NCBI GenBank assembly: GCA_041661765.1
Contig: JBAZTV010000001.1
Span: 71,755-135,754, forward strand
Length of the DNA stretch: 64,000 nucleotides
DNA from: Candidatus Shapirobacteria bacterium
Lineage (GTDB): Bacteria; Patescibacteriota; Microgenomatia; UBA12405
Direction of reading: 5' to 3'
The notes below the pieces were generated by a model, which worked only from the letters and a program-made list of their open reading frames with translations, searched no databases and had not been told where the DNA came from. Within the stretch, counting starts at the first letter, position 1. Each line of letters begins with the position of its first letter. Below are positions 8,686 to 17,400 of the stretch, one piece after another. The position numbers were made by a program, and so were the translations under genes.

Positions 8686-10437
8686 ATGAATCTCTCAAAA
8701 AGAGCTCATTTTATTATTTTTTTATTTTTTTTAATTTTAACTTGGATATCTTTTGGAATCGAAAAAATCCAAGCTAATGAAAAATATGCCACCATTGTCA
8801 ATCCAGTCAGGAGTCGAGAATTATGGGTCGATAAAACTATTAAGCCTATAGATGACCAATATCAAACAATAAATAATCTAAAACTAAAAGCCACTTGGTT
8901 AATTCAAGACGATGTAATTAATGATCAAGAACTCATCAAAAAAATTAAAGAATTTAATCAAGACCAAGAATTAGGTTTATTTTTAGAAGTTAGTCAAAAT
9001 TTAACCAAAAAAGCTCGAGTTTATTATCCCACCCAAACAGTCTGGTACAGCCCCAAAGCTGTTTTTTTATCAGCCTACAGTCTCAATGATAGAAAAAAAA
9101 TAATTGATCAAATGGTCGCTGATTTTAAAAACACTTTTGGATTTTTACCAAAATCGGCCGGAGCTTGGTGGATTGATAGTTGGTCACAGCAATATTTAGA
9201 AAAAAAATATCACATCACCACTGTCATGATTGTTGCCGACCAAAAAACTACCGATAAATACGGAGTTTGGGGGCAGTGGTGGGGTTACCCATATCATCCT
9301 TCACCTGATAATATTTTAGTGCCAGGAAACTCAAAAACAGTAGTTATTCAATGGGCCCAAAGAGATTTAGAAAAAGCCTATAGTGGCAGTGGTCCTTTAG
9401 TCTCAAATTTTTCACTTCAAGCCAACGATTACACCAGCCAAGGATTAGACCTTAATTATTTTAAAGATTTAGTCAACCAATATTTATCAGTCGAAAAATT
9501 AGGTCAAATTACTGTCGGTTTAGAAACAGGCATGGAAAGTATCGGACATGAAGAAGAATATGCAAAACAATTAACCTGGATTGCTAACAATCAGGTTATT
9601 AGTTTAAAAATGAGTGAGTTTGGCGACAAATATCGCTCCGTTTATGAAAATAAAAATCCCAAAAAAATAATTTTAAGTAATTGGATATTAACGCCGGAAT
9701 ATCGGGAAAATCAAAACCTAGGCGAAAAAACCAATTACAATCCCAATCTAAGTTTTAGTGATAAATTTATTGCCGATCAATCAGAATTTTTAAACCGAGT
9801 TTTATCAGAAACAAACAACAGAAAAGAAATTAAATATTGGCCAATATTTTTAATTATCATCCCTCTTCTATGGCTATGGAGTAAAAACATAGGCTTAATT
9901 TTTTGGCTTTTATTATTATATTTACCTATTTTTAGATCATATTATGATTCGGGTTGGAAAATATTTTTTGGTACCACTATCGAAAATTTAATTTTAGTAC
10001 AGTTGTCAATATTACTTATTGGTGGATTTTTAATCACCAAAATTAATAAAAAATTTAAAATTGATTGGAGTGCTTGGTGGTCGGTATGGATAGTAAATTT
10101 ATTAATTTTTACTGCCAGATACTCAGTTATTGATGGTCAACGTCATCTTGGTTGGCTAGTCGATAATTTTAGATTTATTGGTATCACTTTTGGTCAGGGT
10201 GTTAAATTTTTAAACCAAGATTTAATAGGATACGTAGCCGCTACTATGTTGAAATTTAATCCAGGTTGGATTTGGAATAATTGGTGGGTTTGGATGATTT
10301 TTTATCCTATTATTGAAATTGGATTAGTCTTTTTAATTAGCAAATTAATCCCCAAAAAACTTAGATATTTTATGGCCATATTATCAATATTTTTTATAAT
10401 TTATATTTTTGGTTTAGATCCAATAACTGTAAAATAA
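8686..10437 (+). CDS. Membrane protein with a polysaccharide-deacetylase/glycoside-hydrolase-like N-terminal domain
   Basis: N-terminal TM, ATWL...ELGLFLE...FKNTFGFLPKSAGAW barrel-like segment, several C-terminal TM helices. Confidence 0.55.
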   Translation: MNLSKRAHFIIFLFFLILTWISFGIEKIQANEKYATIVNPVRSRELWVDKTIKPIDDQYQTINNLKLKATWLIQDDVINDQELIKKIKEFNQDQELGLFLEVSQNLTKKARVYYPTQTVWYSPKAVFLSAYSLNDRKKIIDQMVADFKNTFGFLPKSAGAWWIDSWSQQYLEKKYHITTVMIVADQKTTDKYGVWGQWWGYPYHPSPDNILVPGNSKTVVIQWAQRDLEKAYSGSGPLVSNFSLQANDYTSQGLDLNYFKDLVNQYLSVEKLGQITVGLETGMESIGHEEEYAKQLTWIANNQVISLKMSEFGDKYRSVYENKNPKKIILSNWILTPEYRENQNLGEKTNYNPNLSFSDKFIADQSEFLNRVLSETNNRKEIKYWPIFLIIIPLLWLWSKNIGLIFWLLLLYLPIFRSYYDSGWKIFFGTTIENLILVQLSILLIGGFLITKINKKFKIDWSAWWSVWIVNLLIFTARYSVIDGQRHLGWLVDNFRFIGITFGQGVKFLNQDLIGYVAATMLKFNPGWIWNNWWVWMIFYPIIEIGLVFLISKLIPKKLRYFMAILSIFFIIYIFGLDPITVK

Positions 10438-10443
10438 AATTTT

Positions 10444-10992
10444 TTATTTTTCTTTAAATTTTCCCTCAAATCTCTCCACCAAAGAATAACAACAACCACA
10501 AAATATTTGCTTGTAAAAACCTTTAGTTTCTAATTTTTTACAAATATTTTGTGGCACCAAAAATTCAATTCCTACTTTTTCTCCAATTTCTTTTCCAATC
10601 TTTTCAATCATTTCCGAATTTTGATATTCGCTGGTCAACAGTGTCGAACTAAAAGCCTCAAATCCATTTTTTTTAGCAAACTCCGCTGTCCTTTCCAGCC
10701 TCAACCTCCAACATCTCTCACATCTTTTAGGTTTTAAAAAGTCCCTCTTGTCAAAGAGGGATTTAGGGAGATTGGTTTCAAACCATTCTCTTGGTCTCCA
10801 ATCCGCCACTATCATTTTCAAATCACCAATCATCAATTGCATTGCCTTTAACCTCGATTGATATTCCGATCTTGGGTGAATGTTCGGATTGTAATAATAA
10901 ACTACAATTTCACTAAATCTTTTTTCCAACTTAATTGATTCCACTATTTTTAATAAACAATCAGCACAGCAAGCATGTATTAACAATTTCAT
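10444..10992 (-). CDS. queH: Epoxyqueuosine reductase QueH
   Basis: LLIHACCADC, YYNPNIHP, RCERC, FSSTL, YKQIFCGC. Confidence 0.9.
   Translation of the reverse strand: MKLLIHACCADCLLKIVESIKLEKRFSEIVVYYYNPNIHPRSEYQSRLKAMQLMIGDLKMIVADWRPREWFETNLPKSLFDKRDFLKPKRCERCWRLRLERTAEFAKKNGFEAFSSTLLTSEYQNSEMIEKIGKEIGEKVGIEFLVPQNICKKLETKGFYKQIFCGCCYSLVERFEGKFKEK
10741..10778 (+). repeat. Dispersed palindromic repeat (subtype B), in frame inside queH
   Basis: gtccctcttgtcaaagagggatttagggagattggttt; reads TNLPKSLFDKRD; related to the copy at 59450. Confidence 0.7.
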
Positions 10993-11017
10993 AAAATATT
11001 TTAAATTTAAAATTAAA

Positions 11018-11060
11018 CCCTCCCTGTCAAGGGAGGGTGCCCGCAGGGCGGGTGGGTTTT
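11018..11060 (+). repeat. Dispersed palindromic repeat, intergenic, abutting the tyrS stop
   Basis: ccctccctgtcaagggagggtgcccgcagggcgggtgggtttt. Confidence 0.9.
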
Positions 11061-12234
11061 ATTTCCCCAAAAACTCTTTCATTTTTTCCAAACTCCCTTT
11101 CACTTTTGGTTCTTCAAAATGTTTCCTGGCCGGTTCCAATTTTTCAATCAACCAATCCGCTAATCCATTTTTCAAATCCAATGGATATAATTTTTCATTT
11201 TTATAATCCTCAATTAATTCATCCACTTTAGTGTAGACAATATCTCCACCAAATTTTTCTGGTCGGCTGATTTTAAAATTACCTGTTTTTTCTCCCCAAA
11301 ACACCAAAGTTTGCACCCAATTAATTAATGGATTAAATTCAATTTCTTTTGGTGGTCCGTAAGCTTTTTTAATCTTATTTCTAATTTCATCTGGCGTGTC
11401 ATGAATAAAAATCGCACTATTGGGTTTTGATTTGCTCATTTTCAAAGATTCTTCCAACAAAATTTTATCTCCACTTTCTGTAGTCAAATTTTTACCATCT
11501 TCTGTCAATAAACCAAAACCTTCATTTGAATTTTCCGGTCCAGTTAATCCCGCAATCAAATTTTGATGAATTGCCACTGGGGCAATAATTTCCCCTTTAC
11601 TATTTTTTAATGGATTAATGGTCAATTTTTTAGCCACATCTCTGGCAATTACATGAGCTTTTCTTTGATCCATTCCCGCATGAGCCAAATTAACCTGCAT
11701 CGTAAAAATATCTGCCACCTGGAGTGGGGGGTAAAACAAAGTTGCCATATCCACATCGTTACCTTCCTTTTTGCCCATTATCGAAATTGATCTTAAATTT
11801 CTCGACAAAGTCACATGTTTACCCACTTCCATAAAAGTTTCCCAGTGAACAAAATTTTTCTCATACAAATCTTTACCAGTCACAAATTCTACTTGATTTT
11901 CATTCACCCCATAACACTTTAAAGAGGCGATTAACCCTTCTTTAAAATAATGTTCGGTTGCCCAGCGGATATTTTCCCAATTTCCGCCCAATTTATTATT
12001 TAAATAAGAATGAAAATCAGCTAAAAATATTTTACATTTAACTCCTGCTTTTAAAAAATCAGCAATCTTTCCCATTGAAATCAAGCCAGTTCCCAAATGT
12101 ACCATTCCTGATATTTCAAACCCAATATAATGATTTAATACAGTTCCGTTTTCTAGTAATTTTTTCAAATCGTCTTCAGTTAATACTTCCTGACAATTAC
12201 GGGTGATTAATTTAATTTTTTCATTTATCTCCAT
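11059..12234 (-). CDS. tyrS: Tyrosine--tRNA ligase, archaeal/eukaryotic type
   Basis: YIGFEISG..HLG, YPPLQVAD, GMDQRKAH, KMSKS, RPEKFGG, DLKN; no bacterial S4 domain. Confidence 0.9.
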   Translation of the reverse strand: MEINEKIKLITRNCQEVLTEDDLKKLLENGTVLNHYIGFEISGMVHLGTGLISMGKIADFLKAGVKCKIFLADFHSYLNNKLGGNWENIRWATEHYFKEGLIASLKCYGVNENQVEFVTGKDLYEKNFVHWETFMEVGKHVTLSRNLRSISIMGKKEGNDVDMATLFYPPLQVADIFTMQVNLAHAGMDQRKAHVIARDVAKKLTINPLKNSKGEIIAPVAIHQNLIAGLTGPENSNEGFGLLTEDGKNLTTESGDKILLEESLKMSKSKPNSAIFIHDTPDEIRNKIKKAYGPPKEIEFNPLINWVQTLVFWGEKTGNFKISRPEKFGGDIVYTKVDELIEDYKNEKLYPLDLKNGLADWLIEKLEPARKHFEEPKVKGSLEKMKEFLGK

Positions 12235-12293
12235 AACTTAGAGTATAAAGCTAATTTTTAGAATTTACCATAGATTAGTGGCGTATAATTACT

Positions 12294-13364
12294 TTGATGA
12301 AAAAAATAATTTTATTTTTAGTTATTTTCTTTTCTTGTTTTTTTTCTTTATCTAAAAATACCTTTGCTATTGATCTTTATTATCGAGCTCAAGTCATCAA
12401 AATTACCAATACTGGGTCTGGTCAAAATCTCGATTTAAAAATTAATGATTCTAAGATTTCAGATAACACTATAGTCACTATTACCAATAATTTTTCTTTA
12501 GATGAAGGCCAAACCACTTTTAGTAATCAAAACAATTATCAAATCGACGATTGGCTTTATTTAAGTCAAGGCATTGACCCCTTATCTGGCCAAACCAGTT
12601 ATCAAATTGCTGATTATGATCGCAGCTCAGCTATTTTTTTGCTTTTTATGATTTTTATTATTGCCGTCCTACTTATTAGTTCGTGGCATGGGCTTCGTTC
12701 TCTTTTGTCAATGGCATTATCCTTTTTAGTTATTTTCTTTTTTATCCTACCCAATATTTATCATGGTTCCAATCCAATTTTAATTGTATCTCTAGGCATA
12801 ATTTTTATTATTCCAATTACTTTTTACCTCTCTCATGGTCTAAATAAAAAAACTACTGCCGCTATTATCGGTACCATTATTAGTCTTTTTATTGCCATTG
12901 CATTATCCTTAATTTTTATTAAATTTGCCAAGTTAACTGGTACTACCAGTGAAGAATCTGGTTTTTTACTTTCCTTAAAACCCGGTTTTTTTGATTTTAA
13001 ATCTATTTTATTATCAGGAATTATTATAGGTGTTCTTGGTGTCATTGATGATATTACTATTTCTCAATCAGCCGTTGTTTCTCAATTAAGAATTGCCAAT
13101 CCAAAAAACAAAAAAATATTTTCTCAGGCCATGGCTATTGGTAAAGATCATATTTCCTCCATGATCAACACACTGGTTTTAGTTTATGCCGGGGCTTCAT
13201 TACCTCTTTTACTTCTTTTTGTTGATAATCAATTACCTCTCGGTCAATTAATCAGTTTTGAACCGATTGCTGAAGAAATCATTCGCACTCTCATTGGTAG
13301 TGTTGCTCTTATTATCGCTGTTCCTATCACTACTTTTATTGCCACCAAATTAATCAAAAACTAA
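12294..13364 (+). CDS. YibE/F family membrane protein
   Basis: DYDR, GVIDDITISQ, GKDHISSMINTLVLVYAG, EEIIRTL. Confidence 0.9.
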   Translation: MMKKIILFLVIFFSCFFSLSKNTFAIDLYYRAQVIKITNTGSGQNLDLKINDSKISDNTIVTITNNFSLDEGQTTFSNQNNYQIDDWLYLSQGIDPLSGQTSYQIADYDRSSAIFLLFMIFIIAVLLISSWHGLRSLLSMALSFLVIFFFILPNIYHGSNPILIVSLGIIFIIPITFYLSHGLNKKTTAAIIGTIISLFIAIALSLIFIKFAKLTGTTSEESGFLLSLKPGFFDFKSILLSGIIIGVLGVIDDITISQSAVVSQLRIANPKNKKIFSQAMAIGKDHISSMINTLVLVYAGASLPLLLLFVDNQLPLGQLISFEPIAEEIIRTLIGSVALIIAVPITTFIATKLIKN

Positions 13365-13802
13365 TTATTTATAATAGCTTTTAATTTGAAACAAAATATA
13401 CCAAGAAATTCCGGCTCCAATTATTAAACCTCCTAAATCAAACTTTAATAAACTTAATAAAGCGCTAATTAATGAAATATAAAACAATAATCTCCAAGAT
13501 TTAATTTTTCTTTTAAATAATCCCGGTATTGCCATTATTTGTAAAATTATCATTACTATTCCTAATAATACTGAAATAATATAAAAACAACCTCTAGTAC
13601 CACCTAAAAGTATCAATGATGTCGTTGTTATCATTAACCCCATAAAAGCCAATATCACTGGCACTGATAAAACTAATAATATTACTGCTAAATACGGGCC
13701 ATATTTTACAATTATTTCTTTAATTTTTTTGGGCAACTCTGGCAATTTTTTAACAAAAATTTTATCCAATCCTTTTTCTAGTTTTGTAATCATTCTAACC
13801 AA
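13365..13802 (-). CDS. Hypothetical membrane protein
   Basis: KKLPELP...4 TM...YILFQIKSYY. Confidence 0.75.
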   Translation of the reverse strand: MVRMITKLEKGLDKIFVKKLPELPKKIKEIIVKYGPYLAVILLVLSVPVILAFMGLMITTTSLILLGGTRGCFYIISVLLGIVMIILQIMAIPGLFKRKIKSWRLLFYISLISALLSLLKFDLGGLIIGAGISWYILFQIKSYYK

Positions 13803-13809
13803 TTATACA

Positions 13810-14472
13810 CTAAAATTTTCCAGTTCCAAAGATCAAGCAAGTTGCCAATCCATCCACCCCAATTCCCACATAATTCCATCTATTATCCAACTGATTGTCG
13901 TTATGAGGTTTATCGCCGGCATACATCCATTCAATCACATGAACCCCATTTAATTTAAATCCATAACTAATATTTTCTCCCAAAGCTGTAAATCCTAATT
14001 TATTAAAACCATCCTGATTTTCAATAAAATCACTAAAACCTTTATGTTGATCCACTGATTTTAATCCGTTTAAATATTTTGCCCTTTCTTGGGCATAATT
14101 ACTCAGTTTTTCATCCAAAGTTAAAATTTGTGAACCTTGTACTTTCCGATATTCATTCAAAGCCACCAATATTTCCTTTGCCGTCGCCATAGTTGCATCT
14201 TCACCTATTTTCATTGTCCAAGTCACCTCATCTATTTGTTTTGCCACCCCCCATGGCTCAGTCCCTCCCTTTTCAAGGGAGGGTGTCCGTAGGACGGGTG
14301 GGTTTTGACTCTCAATAGTTGTTATTGTGGGTTTTGGAATTATAGTGGGTTTCGATGTCAGCGTCGGTATTTTTTCTAAAACCGGTGCCAAAGCTTCTTC
14401 TTTTTGAACCAAAACAAATCCCAAAATTTCCAACAATAAAACCATTAATACTATTCTTACAATTCTCTCCAT
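13810..14472 (-). CDS. CAP/SCP domain protein with membrane anchor
   Basis: LNEYR, AQERA, H, LGENI, H..NQL, YVGIG. Confidence 0.85.
   Translation of the reverse strand: MERIVRIVLMVLLLEILGFVLVQKEEALAPVLEKIPTLTSKPTIIPKPTITTIESQNPPVLRTPSLEKGGTEPWGVAKQIDEVTWTMKIGEDATMATAKEILVALNEYRKVQGSQILTLDEKLSNYAQERAKYLNGLKSVDQHKGFSDFIENQDGFNKLGFTALGENISYGFKLNGVHVIEWMYAGDKPHNDNQLDNRWNYVGIGVDGLATCLIFGTGKF
14263..14306 (+). repeat. Dispersed palindromic repeat, in frame inside the CAP gene
   Basis: ccctcccttttcaagggagggtgtccgtaggacgggtgggtttt; reads NPPVLRTPSLEKGG. Confidence 0.9.
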
Positions 14473-14488
14473 TAGTTCTATTTTACTC

Positions 14489-17400
14489 TTACAATCCAGT
14501 TGTATCTAATGTCGCTCCTACTTCTGTTGGTGTTGGTGTCAGTGTTGGTGTTGTTCCTCCAATATCCATTTTCAATAAAATCTGATCCAATTGCGATTTA
14601 GTAATACATGTTTCATTATTTTCTTCACCTACACATAAATTCTTAGTTTGAGTTTTATCAGTTACAATCTTTGGAGTAATTATTTCCACTCCGGCCACCA
14701 ACCGATCAGTTATTATTTCCGATAAATCGGTTAAAACTAAATTATCATTCTGCCACATCAATTCATCCAAAATTTGTTTTGAAAAATCAGTTGCATTTTC
14801 ATCAACCCCTGGCAATAAATCAGCAATTTTAGTTCCAGTTCCCAAACCATTTTTAATAAACATTAAAACCTGACCTGTCTCTTCACCCTCAAAATCGCTC
14901 ATCGCCGTTCCAATAATCGCTCCCGCTTTAGTCGCTTTCATTGCCACCCCTGGGGTCGATGACGAAGTTAGGGGATCACCCGCCTTAATTGGTCCATTTT
15001 CAGTATTCACTTTCACTGGTACTCTTCCCGACAATGCCACCGGTACTGATTTTACCCCTTCATCATCCACTTCTCCCATTATTACCCCCGGTCTCAAAGA
15101 AATTACTCCAAAAACATTATTATCATATGCCTTTTGGCTTTTTTTAACCCCCGCATTTAAGGTTGAATCTAAGCTCACCACATCTCCTGGAGCCATAGAA
15201 TTATCATTAGTTGAATAAAGTTCTGCCAAGTCTGCTCCCGAGGCCGCCACTTCAATTATTGTCATCATTATTTTTGGTACCGTATTTGGAGTTGTGGCAG
15301 TACTAGTCAGAGCACAAATAGTGTAAGCCTGAGAAGAAGTTGTATTTGGACTATCAATAAAACTAAAACCAAGATAACTGTCGACAGGGGAATCAGATGT
15401 ATGGCTTCCAGTTGTCAGTAAAGTTAAATCAGAATCAACTTGTGTTCCACCACAACCAGATACTCCTCTTCGAACTCTAAAAGTATTTGTTTCAGTATCA
15501 TTTGATGTCATAGTTACCTTAATTAATCCCGTAATTAAAATCCTATTACTGACAGATGATGGTGTAATTGCCGGGGCAGTTCCTTGAAGAATATTGGTTT
15601 CACCAATACCAAGAGTGTCAATAGTATTATCCACTATACTAGCGCTTTTTGCCGCTCCACCAGATCCGGTAGTATCACAATCTTTCCAGACACTATTTTC
15701 ATAACATCTAAATTTATTAGTAGAAGAATTGTAATAAGTGGCTCCATTTATTCCAGTCGGATCACTAGTTCCATTATCTAGCACTAATAAATCTGGTGCC
15801 GTTGTTCCACTGTTCCCAATAACCACTTTTCCGCTGGAATTCGTTCCACCAACCGCAAAAGTAATATTTCCACTACTAGCTTGAATAGTATTTGTACTTA
15901 TTCCACCATTAAATGTTTGCAGTCCAGTCCACACATTCGATGATCCCAAATTCAAAGCCACTGTGCCTGTGCTACCTAAAGAAATTGTTCCTCCGCCACT
16001 TAACCCTATCCCAACTGCCACAGTCAGCGAACTATTAACCAAACTAGTGTTAGTCAGGCCAGTAATTGTATTATTACCACCATCAATTGTTTTACCTGTA
16101 AATGTTTGAGTTTGTCCCACAAAAGCAAAAGTGTCATCTATGGTTAAACCTGGAATAGTGGCAATTCGACTAGTCGATGGAGCAATTGCTGATATGGTTG
16201 TTGTGTTATTTGTCCCTAAAGATAATTGATTTGTTGTATTAAAAATATTCAAAGCACCAGCTGGGTCCAGTCTCATTTTTTCACTTCTAGTAGTCGAACC
16301 TAAAGGTGTCACAATAAAAGATAAATAAGTTCCCCGGTTAGTGGCAGTAAAATTTTCTCCAGCAATGACTTGAAATGCTCCTGAACTACCTAAAACTCCT
16401 AATGGAAAAGTTGTACCATCATAACCGCGACCGCCAAGTGAAGCTAATTTATCATCTGTCTGGACTGCCAATGGAGCACTTTCCGTTCCTCTAGCCTTTC
16501 TGCCGACTACTCCTGGTGAATAAACATCATTACTGTATTTGGTCACATATAAAAAATCATTCTGAGAAATTAATTCAAATGGGCCAACAGGGTTAGTCGT
16601 CCCAATTCCCACAAACCCATTATTCATAATTACTATTGCTGTATTCGCGCCACTATCACCCACATTAAATTTTGTATTTATGCCGGTAGCATTATTTCCC
16701 GACAGGGCATTGTTACCAGCAATAGTTATTGTTCCATCTGCAATTGCACTACCAATAATCTGAGGCGTTAAAATCGAAGTTGTAAAAGTCGGGGAGGTAG
16801 ATAACACCAAAGCTGAACCACTCCCAGTCGTTGAATTACCCAAAGCCGTCACAGTTCCTGAAGTTGGTAAAGTTAAAGAAGTCGGCCCAGTAGTATTAAA
16901 GAAAAGCCCATTATTTAAAGTGGATAGGGGAATTTGTCCTGAAGCATCAGGTAAAGTCCAAGTTCTACCAGCCGTTAAATTAGCTTGGGTAATTATTCCC
17001 TGATAAGAAGTTGCTCCACCGTTCTGTCCAGGCGCAATTTTGATCGAATCATCAGTCACTGTATTAGATAAAAATTGCATTCCATTACCACTGCCAGTTT
17101 TAGCCGTAATACTACCTGTTCCACTTCTTAACTCAATACTGGTACTAGTTGTTGAATTTCCAATCGCAATAATATTAGAGGCATTTCCTGTTCCAATGTT
17201 AACCGTCATCCCCCCATTGCTGGCAAATAAATTAGCTGTTCCAGTTTGATTAACCCCCCCAATATCAAAAGTTCCAGTTGTTGTAGAGCTACCAATGGAA
17301 TAATTTGAAGAAGCAGTACCTTCTAGAGAAAAACCACTAGTTCCAACAAATAAATTTAACGAAGTATCACCAGTATTATTACCAATATTAATAATTTTTT

